Numbered from the stretch's first letter, positions 49,474-62,269 are shown. The stretch: DNA of 64,000 nt from Anthoceros angustus (GCA_010909165.1 VJWM01000235.1:1-64000), one strand, 5' to 3'. A program made the numbers and translations. Notes: generated by a model not told the origin, from the letters alone.

Positions 49474-51954
49474 CTATGGCTTCCCTGGCGCTATTCTATT
49501 ATTGCCATTGGGTAGGCAGTTGTAGATCATTGGCCAGATCACCTCGAGAGGCATCATTGCTAGGGCCGCAAGGACAAACCCAATCCAGAGCAGGTAGAGG
49601 GAGTAACGGAGAGGAGTGCAATGTTCAACAATAAGTACTTGAAACGCTGCTTTCACAAAGTCACAGGTCATGATTTTCACCAGTGTGGGCAGTGTGTTGT
49701 AGACATCGCGGGATGCGTTCATTGCAATGGAGAGCTCAATAAAGGCGGTATTAGGAATGGGAGTATCCATATCAAAACAGTAGTCCAGTGAGTCATTGAT
49801 ACACCGGTAACTAGCGTAATCCTGCAACATGCGCCACTTTTATTGTGGGGCTGTGAATGTGCAATCACCGACGAGGCTGAGGCGACGTACCTTCGCAAAG
49901 TCCCTAAAGTCGTTCACATCTGTAGAGCAATTTTGTACGTCGTACAGTGGAGCGGACCCATAAGGATCACAGACATACTCCAACGTCAATCTGGGGTGGG
50001 TCTCGTTCTTCTTCTGAGCATTCTCCTCCTCCTTCTCGTTTATCATGTCAATCACAGTATTGGTTTGATTGATGAGAGCTTTGATGGAGCTTCGGGCCCC
50101 AATCAATGTTGCCTCCGCAAAAGCTTGGTCCAGGCAGGGTAGAAGCTTAGCGAGATGTGAATTTAGAGGGTCAACCTCATATTCTCGCATGGCTGTGCAG
50201 GCATCAGAAGCCACACTGTTCGGAACTTGTGTAAGTACACGAACTATGATTTGCAAACAAATCAGGTACCTGTGCAGTGACATAGAGCTTACTTGGAAAG
50301 CACGAAGCTGACGCCTGCCAGCATCCAAGTGCAGAAGAGAAGCAGAACCATGAAGAAGAAAAGCCTGATCATGGCATTCGTGAGTAAGACTCGTCAAACT
50401 GCTGCCCAAGCTCAGACGCTCGATATGCAGGAGCTGCTGTGTCAAAGAGGTTGTTTAGGCACTTACGAAAGAATGAAAACACGGTAGCGATAGCACGTTG
50501 CCCCTGTGGCATCCAAGGAGAAGGTCAGACTAGAACATATATCAATGGCTTATGATTCTTCAGTGAAATAAGAGAAGATGCTCACCCACTCCAGCAACCA
50601 GAGTTGATACTACAATAGTTGCGGTCACAGTCAGAGCCAGCTTACTGCACAACATTGCAGAGGGATATCACTTTCCATCCATCCCGACGTGCACTAATCT
50701 ATGATCAAAGAAGAAATGGGTTCTATGGGCTCACACTTCCCCGAAAATTTTGTATAGCCACTGCCTTCTGTCCTGAACAAACCGGTCCACCTCATGTGCA
50801 GTGTCGTTCATCATATTGCAGGCGAAGGTAACCTCATCTTGTATGTCTTGACTGGCAATAGGCTCAGTTGCACGGCGAATAAAGATCAGAATCTGGTTGA
50901 TTTGCCGTAGAACATTATTTATAGTTCCCACAATGACGTTGGTGGTCTCCTGCAATTGCGCCCCCAGCTTCACATTGCCGACAAAAATGATGAAGGCTCC
51001 CATCCTGCAGAGCTAATCACCCAAGCTGTTGGATCACGGCTCACATATGATGTGCTTGCCATGATCGGAAATGTGGGGTTCTTATGGTCGATAAATTAAG
51101 CATTCATGACATTTCATTGTTTTTTGGCATTCCTCATTTTAAGTTGCCAGCATCAAAGGTACCGTTGCATACTCACATGGCTATGAGGGCAAAGAAGCAA
51201 ACAGCAGACACCTGCAGAGTTTTCAATTGTTCCTTCTGAGGCCTCAGCTTGCAACACCCACATAAACAGGTGCAAAGTAGCAAGAAGGAATGTATTAGCC
51301 CATAGGCCAGGCATACCGCAGCTAGAGAATAGCCCCAAACTCCAGTAAATGCCACAGACTGTTGTTTGCCAAAATCGTGGTTAGGATCTGACAAAATGTT
51401 TGTTGTTTACACCCCCTTAATCTGAAGCATCGACATCAACGATGGGAATGCTGAATCAAAAAAGTTCTGAAGACAATGAGAGTACCGCCCAATAATGATA
51501 ATCTGTAACGTTGAAGGCCCCTTTGTACACGCTAAATCCATTCAGAGGATCTAAACGAGGAATCAGCCCAGTCGCACGCTCTGCAATTGTCTCAAACGAG
51601 AAGAGCACCTGAGAAACAGAAGCCTCGTGTTACACGACGGAGTGCTGCATACCTTGTGCAGAACCAAAACCTGCGGCAGAGAAAATGCCTTACACGATTC
51701 GGATGCAAGCCAGTGGCATTCAACAGATCCCTAACATCAGAAGCGGATTGCAGAGTTTTTCCGGAGAAGGATGTTTCCGGCATAAGAGTGGCGTCCACAG
51801 TTTCCAGCACCTGGACCCTTGATCTGGCTCCAAGCTTTTGGCCTGCTTCATCTGCCCCGACGAACATCAGGGTTGCCAACACCCATATGCACCAACAGAA
51901 AAAATCGGTTTTGGCCGCAAATTTTCTCCTAGAGCTCGACAGATTTCTCGACAT
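49474..51954 (-). CDS. Plant multi-pass membrane protein (At2g12400/At1g71110-like family), multi-exon
   Basis: Signal-like N-terminus, RLDPLNGFSVYKGAFNVTDYHYWA|SVAFTG, DACTAMREY..P..S.L.KLLPC, several TM helices. Confidence 0.8.
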
Positions 51955-53537
51955 TGTTGTCGTCGTGTGAGAACATTCACAGCAGAGGCCGTGTCATACT
52001 CCGACGCACAGAACTTGCGATGCTCTCTCCCCAATGACATAATCAGCTGTGCTGTTCCCGCAAAATCGTGTCGGGTAGCAGAAAGACAGGATGTCATGGC
52101 TCATCTTTCCCACAAGGAACGTTGCGAGCGCGGTCTGGAGCTCAAGTGACGTTCTGCGAGCCTTCTACAGGCAACCATACCCCAAGCTGGAGACTGCAGG
52201 GATGCAAACGCGGTGTGAGGGTACACAAATATGCCGCCCACAAGCTTAGTGGGTCCCTAGGAGCCATGGGACAAGAAAGGCCAGGGCCAGAAATTGGCGG
52301 GTGAAGAACAAGCAACAACCGACGCGGCCCCTGAAGTTCCAACAGACGTTCACGTTCCAAGATATGGATTTAGAGTTAACAAGGCCCGGTTCCCACGCGG
52401 CTGGTCATCTGTACACGAATAACGGATGTACCCTGGATGTCTGAATCCAGCTCGAGAATCAAAGACGAGCAGATGGCACAGACAGCCGGCATCAGGGTTT
52501 TCCTGCTGGCGCATCTATGCAGCGAATGAGGTCACGTCGTAGGGTTTGCTGTCCTAAACAGCCAAGGGTATCCAACGACAGGAAGCTCACAGTGCTAGGC
52601 AAGAACACGGGCATGCTGGTGCACCGCATCTGTGTGCCTCCTGCAGGGATGTGCAAGTGGTCTTCCCTGTGTCTCGTTTCACCGATGATTGCCCAAGAGC
52701 ACCTGCAGCTGCACGTTGCAAAAGACGCTTGCCAATTGAACAGGACACCCACAACTATGGGCCGGAGGCATGGTCAAGAATGAAAGTCTCTTTTTATAAA
52801 TATGCCATATATACATGGATAGATAGGTACCGTAGAGGCATGGCTTTGGACACCCTTATATGGAATAGTTAGTTTTAAAATAAGCAAATTTTAATATTAA
52901 TTATTTTAGTTTTAAATATATATATATATATATATAAATCTATCATATTTGATAGAAATTCAACTGATAGAATAAATATTATATTAATATTTCATAAACC
53001 AAAATATGCTAGAATCTTAGTCTATATTGTAGGACAGGGCGAGGGCCCAATTCGTGAGCCTCAATCTAGATCTTCGAACCTTCAGCCTACATCACAATCC
53101 GTTATAATATCGATCCATCCATGCACAATTGACAGACCCAACAAATATTGAGACACAAACATAAACAAGATGTGCATTAGGGTTGCCAAAGCATAATTGA
53201 GAGACCCAACAAAGATTCTGATACATCTTATTTATCTAGTTTATCATGACCTAGCTCTACATAATTTGAATTATCAAAGACTTTGGCTTGCCCATCAATC
53301 CTTTACCCTCAATGTGCACATACTATTTTAATGCTTTGTGAAGTTTATTTTACATCTTCTCTTTATCAAATTGTTCTTCGGAAGTGATAAACATACAAAA
53401 GATATTATATTACAAAAAAAATTCATATACATGCTTGTATTACATGAAGGTCCTCAAAGAACTTAAACATCAATATAATAATGTACTTAAAGACAAAAGA
53501 AATCACACACTACGGTAATTTGTGAACAAGGTTGGAT

Positions 53538-54788
53538 ATGAGGCAACCATGGATATGCAACAACCTTTTTTCAATTACTCCAAGAGAAAATCTTGTGTGT
53601 AGTAGTGCTGAAGATAATGAATACGAAAACCAGATTTTACAACCTATTGCTATCATTCCTAAATATGGACAAACTCTAGAAATGCAAATTTTGAGTCTAT
53701 GGGAGAGCTTAAATCAAGATTTAGTGGAAAGAATTTTAGCTTACTTACCTTTATCCCAAATATTCCAAGCTCAAATAGTATGCAAGAAATGGTACTCTAT
53801 AGTATGTTCTAGGTCATTTTTAAAATTACATGCTCAAGTTTATGCAAGGCCTATAGCCTATTTTCCTTTGTTCACTTCTTTTAATCCTAGCCGAGAATGT
53901 TTTGCTTACAATTTTGTGTGCAATACTTGGGAAAAACTACCAGCTCTTTCTTTCTTACCTCCCTATGTAACTGGACCTGTGAAAGGTGCTGGGGGTTTTT
54001 TATGCTTTTATTATCACTCAGAACCTTCAGGACTAATTACACATGTTGTATGTAATCCCTTCACCAAAAGGTGGAAAACTTTGCCACATATGAAACATAA
54101 ACGTGTTCGTCCTCTACTCAACCATATGGTAATCATAGATAAAAGAACAAAGGCTTACAAGATTGTTGTGGCCGACGACGATCATTGTTTTGTAACATCT
54201 TCTCAAGATAGGGTTTTTATGACCACAGAGGTGTACGATTCCACTTTAAGCTCTTGGTGCGTTACTAGCCGTGTTCCACTTAAGCTTGATAGTAATGGTA
54301 CGAGTGCTTTTTGTAATGGACTAATATATTGTGTAGCTACTGATGATGATTCAAAAAATCAGTTGGGTATAATTTCATACAACATATCAGAAGAAAAATG
54401 GAATGGTGTTCCTCATAGATTATCCAGTAATTTTTGCATCTCCGACCTTGTAGAGTGTAATGGATTTGTAATTGTGGTTGCGGAGTTATTGAGGCACGGT
54501 ATTTTTATTAGTGTTAATATATTCAAACATGAACCAACTACAGAAAGTTTCATTCACTTAGCAGCAGTACCCGATAGCCTTTTTGTTCTCTGTCTAAAAA
54601 ATGGATTTTTTTGTGTGGGACATGATAATCTTCTTTGTTTTATAAGTTACACAAGTTTGATAGTTCTTGTTTTCAATGTTACATTGAATTCTTGGTGTAC
54701 ATTATGTTCATGCCCATTCGCACATGCTGAAAATGTGTATAGAGTAGCAACTTTTCCATTGCAACCTCATCTCCATGATATTGTATGA
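53538..54788 (+). CDS. F-box protein with kelch/FBA-type C-terminus, intronless
   Basis: LWESLNQDLVERILAYLPLSQIFQAQIVCKKWYSIV (F-box); VCNPFTKRWKTLP; TEVYDSTLSSW. Confidence 0.92.
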   Translation: MRQPWICNNLFSITPRENLVCSSAEDNEYENQILQPIAIIPKYGQTLEMQILSLWESLNQDLVERILAYLPLSQIFQAQIVCKKWYSIVCSRSFLKLHAQVYARPIAYFPLFTSFNPSRECFAYNFVCNTWEKLPALSFLPPYVTGPVKGAGGFLCFYYHSEPSGLITHVVCNPFTKRWKTLPHMKHKRVRPLLNHMVIIDKRTKAYKIVVADDDHCFVTSSQDRVFMTTEVYDSTLSSWCVTSRVPLKLDSNGTSAFCNGLIYCVATDDDSKNQLGIISYNISEEKWNGVPHRLSSNFCISDLVECNGFVIVVAELLRHGIFISVNIFKHEPTTESFIHLAAVPDSLFVLCLKNGFFCVGHDNLLCFISYTSLIVLVFNVTLNSWCTLCSCPFAHAENVYRVATFPLQPHLHDIV

Positions 54789-55396
54789 TATCAAAAATTG
54801 TAGACTTAAAAGAAGACAAAACAAAATTTACTTATTTCTTAATAAAGAAAGAGAACGAATGTGCTCTCTTTTTTCGTCCGATTCCCTCTGCTGCTGTAGA
54901 TCTCTACTCGAGAAGAGGATGTGGCCTTTTTGGTTTGATTGGTGTGTTCAAACTAGAAGACGTCACAGCCTGAGGGTTGCCAAAATCTCAACCTTGGCTG
55001 TGTTCAGATAGTGCGAGACACGAAATGCTCTACAAACTTTGCTACAATTGATGTGTATATTCATGCTAGAGGGGAGCTGCATTTTGCAGTAGATAATGCA
55101 GGCTGACAGGCTTTCATCCTTGGGTGCAGGCTTAGCAGGGCATGACGATGGAGAGGGTGCCAGGAAGATGGCAAGCATCCCAAGGAGTGGGTGCTGAAGG
55201 GGATGATGCAGCGTCTGCTTCCAACGTGACCCACCTGTCCTACGACGTTGATCAACACCAATCCAAGACGCCTAGACCTGATTCTAAGTACCTTCACAAC
55301 TATTCCATGCGTGATCTTCGTTGGTAGTAAACACTGATGGTGATCCTGGCCGCTGGTTGAAGCTAGCTAGCTAGATTGTCTTGTGTTTAACAGCAG

Positions 55397-58240
55397 ATGA
55401 GTTGTGACACTCATATCGGCTGGGATTTCAGGTGGCCGAGGCTGAATGGTAACGACGACGGCACCAATTGCCTTGTGAACGGATTGGAGATGACAGTTCT
55501 GTCCAACCTACCCGGCCCAGACTATGCACTGTGTGTAGAGCCGTTTGTGCCTTTCGAGTTGCTCCCCCGAGAGGGACTGAACCAGCGGCTGAAGGATGCC
55601 GTGGAACGTGCCGAACATCGCCAAGTATCCACATCTGCAGCCCCCGGCCCCGCAGAGCACGCGCCTGCAAACACAGGCCCCCGCAGCTCTATCAAGAAGA
55701 AAAGGAGGCGAGTTTCCCTGCAGGCAGCGTTCGGAGGAAGCAGGAACCTGTGGGAGGGCATTTCTGCTGCCAACAGGGAGCGACGGCGGCCGTCCGACCT
55801 GGTGGCATCGCCTGCCCCGCTCCTCTGTGCTGGAAAGAGGGGCCCCGGGCCGGGTCCTGCAACCGCCGAGAAGGAAAGGAAGCTTGCCGGAACCGGAACC
55901 GGAACCGGAGCCGCTGCGGCTCCCTTGAATTCTTCCAAGCCGAACTTCCTATCGGACGACAGCGACACAGACTCCTCCTGCTTCTCCGACGGGGCCGCCT
56001 CCCCAGAAGAGTCCAAGCTGCAGGAGGACTTCCACCGGAAATTTCACCAAGAGCTGAGCCGCAAGCTGGAGTTCGAGCAGCACGGCGGGCACCACGGGAG
56101 GTGCATCAAAGTCCCCGAGCTGAAGCAGCAGCGCAAGGCGTGTCTCCCGCACTGGCACTGCAGCAACAGCATCAGAGTCACCACCGACCGGATGAGCCTG
56201 GGCCTCCCTCCGGAGCCGATGCTTCCGCTCCACCTCACCCTTGACGGAGTCCGCCTGAGCGGGGAGCCTCTGACGGGAAACGACTCCATTCCCCCAGGCG
56301 GCGACACCTACGCTCTGGTGAGCGAGCGAGCCAGGGGTGACGACGACGATGAATCCGACTCCGACTCCGACTCCGATTCCGATTCCTCCACGACCTGCAG
56401 CAGCTCGGATTCCGACTCCGCCTTCCGCTCTGCCAGCCGCCAAAGGGCGCACACCTTCCACCGAGGCGTGAAACCCTCACCCGGCCCCGTCCCGGCTGCC
56501 AAGCTCGGCATCAGCATCGCCGGTGGCGCGAGCTGCAACAAGGATGGGAATTCCAAGAAGCAGCCCGAGGGGAGGTCGCGCCGGGCTCACCTTTACCTTA
56601 AACCCATGCTGCCCCGGGAAGCTGTGCAGCGACCTGCTGCAGACGACCATAGCCACGGGCCCAGGGGTGGAGCGGGAGCGGGAGCAGGAACGCGGAAGGC
56701 GGCCCCGGCGCCGGGTCCGCAGGGGAGGCTGTCCCCATGGCCTGCCCACCGGCCCCTGAAGGTGCCCCAGACTCCTGCCCTTCCGGCTGCGCCAGGGGGA
56801 TGGCTGCAGCAGAGCGGCCCGGGATCGAGAGCAAGCTCCCGCGCTGCGTCGCCCGCTCCTGTCCCGGAGGCGAGGGAGAGAGAGATCCGGATAGGCCCTT
56901 GGAACAGCCTGTCGCCGAGGACCGAGCTGCTGGGCTGCGCGGCGCCTGGCGGGGCTGGAAATGTTGGAAGCGGATCCGGAGAGGAGCATTGCGGCGCCTT
57001 CTGCTTCAGCATCCCGTTGCCCGGGGAGCGGTCTCTGCTGGTTAGGGCTGAGACGGGTCCCAAGCAGGTGCATATCTCGGTCGCGTTGCAGGATGTTAGC
57101 GGAGAGGACGGGACGTTGCTGGCAGAACGAGACCGGGTATCTGGACAGCAGCAGCATGGGGAGCAAATGAAGGCCGGCTTCTGGCCACCGTCCGGGAAGG
57201 ACTCGACCGCAAGGAAGCGTAGCGTGTCTTGGAGCTGTCCTGAGATTCTAGGCCCCGGTGTGGCGCCTTCCGCTGCCAGGCCGCTTTCTCCTGTGCGGTC
57301 GCGAGACGTGCCGGTGACCGGGCCCAGAGCGGGGTCTCCTGTATCATGGACTGTGCCGCTGCATGGCCCTGTGAATCGAGAGCCGTCCCCTGTCTCATGG
57401 AACATATCAGTCCAGGGCCGAGCAGCAGCGAGGACGCCTTCTCCACCGTGTGTCCGTCCAGATCCCGGACAGGATGCGGAAGCGGACCATGGCCATGCCG
57501 ACGTCACCATCCCCCTCCCGGCAGAGACCCCGGAGGCTTGCCCTAGCGCAACGCCGGCGCTAGATGTTGCTAACCAGCATCTTGAGGCAGTGGTAGTAGA
57601 ATCGAGCGATGGCAGGGAGCATACAGTGCTACTAGAACCTAGCGATGCCAGGGAGGCTTCTCTTCCACGGCCACTGCCCCTGTCTGACCAGCATCCGCCA
57701 GCAGTACCGTTACTGCACGAGGGGAAGCCCGGGCTTGCGTCATGCCGAAACATCCAAGTGCAGCCGGGGCCGATACGGGACATCCTGGACTGCCAAAATG
57801 CAGCTACCTTCCAAGAGGTGAAGACGGGGGATGTAGCAGTGGCAGTGCCCCGGGGTGAGCAGGATGATCATAAGAGAAGGACGTCAGATTTGAAGTTCTC
57901 CAAGTCCAATCACAATTTCTTGGAGAAGCTGGCAAGGAAGGCAGGGTCAGGGGACCCCCACTGTGTCCGGGCCTTGAAGCCGTTCCAGGAAGAGGCGGAG
58001 AAGGAAAACGAGTGCGAGGAATGTGAGCCCCAGAAGTGCAGCAGGAGGTGCTGCAGGATAGGAGCAAGTCAGAGTCATCACGTCGTCGTTGGCGCGCACA
58101 AGGAACTGCCAAAGGAGCAGGTTGCAGCTAACTCCCAGACGGAGAAGGGCATCCCGTCGGTTGTCGGGAGAAAACATTGGCTTTCGCTTTTCAAACGAGC
58201 AATTCGCCAGAAGTCGGAGGACCTCAACGCCTATGTGTGA
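55397..58240 (+). CDS. 947-aa Pro/Ser/Ala/Gly-rich protein of unknown function
   Basis: 2.8-kb stop-free ORF; ATG sits directly after a CAG (possible splice acceptor); no recognised domain. Confidence 0.7.
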   Translation: MSCDTHIGWDFRWPRLNGNDDGTNCLVNGLEMTVLSNLPGPDYALCVEPFVPFELLPREGLNQRLKDAVERAEHRQVSTSAAPGPAEHAPANTGPRSSIKKKRRRVSLQAAFGGSRNLWEGISAANRERRRPSDLVASPAPLLCAGKRGPGPGPATAEKERKLAGTGTGTGAAAAPLNSSKPNFLSDDSDTDSSCFSDGAASPEESKLQEDFHRKFHQELSRKLEFEQHGGHHGRCIKVPELKQQRKACLPHWHCSNSIRVTTDRMSLGLPPEPMLPLHLTLDGVRLSGEPLTGNDSIPPGGDTYALVSERARGDDDDESDSDSDSDSDSSTTCSSSDSDSAFRSASRQRAHTFHRGVKPSPGPVPAAKLGISIAGGASCNKDGNSKKQPEGRSRRAHLYLKPMLPREAVQRPAADDHSHGPRGGAGAGAGTRKAAPAPGPQGRLSPWPAHRPLKVPQTPALPAAPGGWLQQSGPGSRASSRAASPAPVPEAREREIRIGPWNSLSPRTELLGCAAPGGAGNVGSGSGEEHCGAFCFSIPLPGERSLLVRAETGPKQVHISVALQDVSGEDGTLLAERDRVSGQQQHGEQMKAGFWPPSGKDSTARKRSVSWSCPEILGPGVAPSAARPLSPVRSRDVPVTGPRAGSPVSWTVPLHGPVNREPSPVSWNISVQGRAAARTPSPPCVRPDPGQDAEADHGHADVTIPLPAETPEACPSATPALDVANQHLEAVVVESSDGREHTVLLEPSDAREASLPRPLPLSDQHPPAVPLLHEGKPGLASCRNIQVQPGPIRDILDCQNAATFQEVKTGDVAVAVPRGEQDDHKRRTSDLKFSKSNHNFLEKLARKAGSGDPHCVRALKPFQEEAEKENECEECEPQKCSRRCCRIGASQSHHVVVGAHKELPKEQVAANSQTEKGIPSVVGRKHWLSLFKRAIRQKSEDLNAYV

Positions 58241-58681
58241 GGCAGGACTGTCTTTGCGCTTCAATCATTGGTGACAAAAATATTCATAGCAGCGCTATGG
58301 AGTTGGCCGTGTGAACACACACGTGAGTACCAACCTAATCAGCACATAGACCTGTCAGGTCAGGGATTCGTTAGCGCTTCTTACAACATTCTTTGTGTAG
58401 TTATGATGCCCATGCGAGTGTACCCGGGTATCCAGGTTTTGTAACCTAGTTATGGGACTTAGTGTGCTTTCACTCAAGGTCCTCACAAGTCGACAGGCTT
58501 TCGAGTAGATCTCTCTTATGAGAAGATTATAAAATTATATTGAGCTCTCACTTCTATGGTAATGACAAGTAGATGTCTCCGGAATACTATGGCAATTTGC
58601 AAGTAAAATAAAATCTCCAATAAATCCTCAATAAAATCTCTCTATTTGCAAGTACAGACCTAGAGCCTTCTTTCTCGGCCG

Positions 58682-59374
58682 ACTTTTCTAGCTGCAAGCA
58701 TATGCACTTAGCCCACTTTTCTAGCTGCAAGCATATGCACTTATCCCACTTTTCTAGCTGCAAGGATTTGCACCCGGCATTTGAGCTAGTACCCATATGT
58801 ATATCCGTACTATGATCGTGTTTCATGTGCAGAAGAAATATGAGGCCATCAGTATACTGTGATTGTTTCATGTGCATAAGCAATATGGGGAAGAAGAACA
58901 ACTTCGGACGTGACTATGCCATGCTCTCTGCTGTGTAGACTTGTTGAACAAGCTTCAATGCTGTGACTATGCCATGCTCTCTGCTGTGTAGACTTATTGA
59001 ACAAGCTTCAATGCTGTGACTCTAGGCTGACATGCATGTAGACGCATCAACATATGTCCATTATCATGAATCCTAAAGCTCAAACCCGAATGCATCAACC
59101 ATTACTACATAACATGTGTGCCACAGGCTTTGTACCGAATACAAGTGATGTATGTATATGAGCATATGTGGCCATCCTCATCTTGTATGTGTGTGTGTGT
59201 GTGGAGATATACAGAAACCCCGCTAATTGTGAGCATGCTCAACATAACATGTGACAGTTTTGTACGAATACAAGTGATGTATGTATATGAGCATATGTGG
59301 CCATCCTCATCTTGTATGTGTGTGTGTGTGTGGAGATATACAGAAACCCCGCTAATTGTGAGCATGCTCAACAT
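58682..59374. repeat. Cluster of tandem repeats: 33 bp x ~2.7 (58682-), 53 bp x 2 (58910-59020), 129 bp x 2 (about 59107-59374)
   Basis: Read directly. Confidence 0.93.
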
Positions 59375-59718
59375 ACCATTACCATTATTATGGTACTAAT
59401 ATGTCTTAAATCCATCCATATCTAATTCTTGGTAAGCAACTTCGTTCATATAATATTATACTTAGATAATATCAAATTAATTGTATTATAGTATACTTTA
59501 AAGGTTTATGTGCTACTGTATCTCCACAAGAAGTTTATGCAAGGAATCTTAGAGTTGAGTTTCCAAAGAGTCATTAGTTTTTGCATAGAATCCTAGAGTT
59601 GAGTTGCCAAGAAATCACTTCATCTACTATAGTACATATCTACATAGAATAGTCTGTGTACATTTCTATTTATTTTGATCATATTTTCTAAACATACAAT
59701 ATTAATGTCTTATGTAAT

Positions 59719-60252
59719 ATGGAAGTCCTTGCTTTAAGGTTTCTATTAGTATTGCTTATAGTTTTTGTTCTCAATATTCAGTTTGTTATTGCAACAAGAG
59801 TGTCCTTACGTGAAGAGATGTACTTCTTACCACAAGGGATGAGTTTGAGGGTCAACGGTAGAACTGGATACCTTCGTTCTCGCTCCGGAGTCTATGAAAT
59901 GTATGTTACTGAAAAATGTGAAATTAATATCCTCCGATTAGCTGGTTTACATGGCATATCTCATGATGTAGTAATTTGGGTAGGTTCAAATGGATATACT
60001 TATTCACCGGGTTCATGTAATGATTTGAAGATGGAATCAAGTGGCAGCCTCATACTATATGGAGGGCTTGAAAATATGGAGATTTGGTCAATAAACCCAC
60101 CAGCCAACAAAAGAGGCTCATCTCCCAATGTTTTTTATTATGTAATATTAGAAGATGATGGCGTTCTTCGTATTGTCTCTAAAAATATTGCGACCAAGGA
60201 AAAGGAGTATATCTGGGCTAGTAGTGATTATTGTTGTGCTCAAAATAATTAA
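59719..60252 (+). CDS. Secreted bulb-type (GNA-related B-lectin)-like protein
   Basis: Signal peptide, then three subdomains with B-lectin spacing (CEINIL..VIW, LKMESSGSLILY..IWS, YYVILEDDGVLRI..IWAS). Confidence 0.75.
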   Translation: MEVLALRFLLVLLIVFVLNIQFVIATRVSLREEMYFLPQGMSLRVNGRTGYLRSRSGVYEMYVTEKCEINILRLAGLHGISHDVVIWVGSNGYTYSPGSCNDLKMESSGSLILYGGLENMEIWSINPPANKRGSSPNVFYYVILEDDGVLRIVSKNIATKEKEYIWASSDYCCAQNN

Positions 60253-60659
60253 AATAGTTTCATTGTATAATATAGATGAATCTTATTGAAGTGCACTAAG
60301 CTTGGATTTCATATACGAAAATAAACAATTAAGAATAAAAAACATAAGTTTCAATAATCTAAGCTAATTATTAAATTGATATCTTAGAGAAAAGAAAAAC
60401 CAACTCTTGGTCACCAGCTTTATTAATATAAAACTAGACTTAAATATAATAAATTAAAATAAATATTTTAATAAATTAAAATACTAAGGTTTATATACTA
60501 CTATATCTCCACCACAAGTTTATGCAAGGAATTCTACACTTGAATTGCAAAGGAATCACTTGATCTATTACAGCACATATCTATTTACAATAGGATGCTT
60601 GCATTTCTATTTATTTTGATCATATTTTTCAAACATACAATATTAATGTCTTATGTAAT

Positions 60660-61416
60660 ATGGAAGGTTTTTATTGATTTTGTCTCTATCTCCGGATCCA
60701 ATGTATTACTGCAACAAGAGTGTCCTTACTTGAAGAAAAATCCTACGTAGCACAAAGGATGAGTTTGACCGTCAATGGTCGAAATGGATACCTTCCTTAT
60801 GGTTTCGAAGTCTATGAAATGTATAGTACTTCAAAATGTGAAATTAATATCATCCGATTAGCTGGTTTGGAATGCCCATCTCATAAGCGATTGATTTGAG
60901 TAGGTTCAAGGGGATTAACTTATAAACAGGGTTCATGTACTAATGATTTGCTAGTTTGGAAGGCCCATCACATAAGCAATTAATTTGAGTAGGTTCAAGG
61001 GGATTAACTTATAAATAGGGTTCATGTACTAATCTCAAGATGGAATCAAGTGGCAGCGTTGTACTATATGGGGGGCTTCAAAATGTGAAATTAATATAAT
61101 CCAACTAGCTGGATTGGAATGCCCATCTCAAAAGCGATTATATGAGTAGGAAAGAGGATTAACTTATAAATAGGGTTCATGTACAAATTTCAAGATGGAA
61201 TCAAGTGGCAGTGTCGTACTATATGGCGGGCCTCAAAATATGGATATCGCATCAATAAACTCATCAGCCAAGAAAAGGGGCTCATCTCCCAATGCTTTTT
61301 ACTATTTGATATTAGACAAAGCCGAAGTTCTTTGTATTGTCTATAAATATATTTTTATTTAGGAAACAGATAATATTTGGTCTAGTAGTGATTATTGTTG
61401 CACTCAGAATAGTTAA
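60660..61416 (+). pseudogene. Tandem pseudogene copy of the B-lectin-like gene
   Basis: Same upstream flank and coding blocks; early stop (ATGGAAGGTTTTTATTGA) and internal triplication of the central segment. Confidence 0.9.
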
Positions 61417-62064
61417 ATTAGTTGCAGTATATAACATAGCAAAGAAGTAGAAGAATCTTATTAAAGTCCATTAAACATAGATTCCAATTATGAAACTAAT
61501 TGGTCAAGTATAAAAACAAATAAGAAGTTACTAATAATCTAGGCTAAGTGTCTTCAACTGATATGTTTGGAAAAAAGAAAATAAAAATTTTCCTTTTTTA
61601 CGGTGTATCTTACAAAAAAGGAAAGAAAAAGATCTGTGTATAAATGAAAAAGATAGTAGTCATATAGCTTTATTTTTTTATTATAGGTTAAAATGAATGG
61701 AGTTCACGAATGTATATTCATACAATTATGCATGATATAATAGGACCTTGTATGAAGATGTAATATTAGAATAATATAAAGAAAATTTGAATAAATAATA
61801 AAATGAGAATAATATATGACTATTCTACTAGATTAAAAAAGAGATCTCCCCCATCAAATTACACTGGCCATAATTAAATGAAGTTGAACATAAATAAATT
61901 TCTTGCTGTAGAAGACCAGAAAAACTTGACAAAGGAAAATGAAACTTTCAGACTTTTGTTGCAAATTCAAGTAGTTTATAGACCAATTATAGATGAAGCA
62001 CCAGCCAGAGGGTTGAAGAGACTTACAATAAAAGCCCATTCCGAGGCAGACAACTATAAGATTA

Positions 62065-62269
62065 TGTTAAGTTTAGTAAGAGTTACATAACCCTAGCCAA
62101 TAGTCAGGCGAGTTAGGCTAACCCAGCTCGTTAAGCGAACAGTCGCAGCCCTACGAAGGGGTGCCCGGGTCCCCTATAAAGGGCCCCTAACCTATGAATT
62201 TTCTAATCTTTTCTAATTCATGCTTCCGCTATTTTCTATACATTAGGAAAGTTTACATGGTATCAGAGC
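62065..62269 (+). mobile_element. 5' LTR (about 62065-62257, TG...CA) plus tRNA-Met PBS (62258-62269); internal region runs past the window end
   Basis: TGTTAA...TTTACA termini, internal TATAAA, immediately followed by TGGTATCAGAGC. Left boundary inferred; no second LTR in the window. Confidence 0.75.

Noticed and set aside
58682-59374. CRISPR-like repeat-spacer array
   Set aside because: Head-to-tail tandem repeats with no unique spacers; eukaryotic context with no cas genes.
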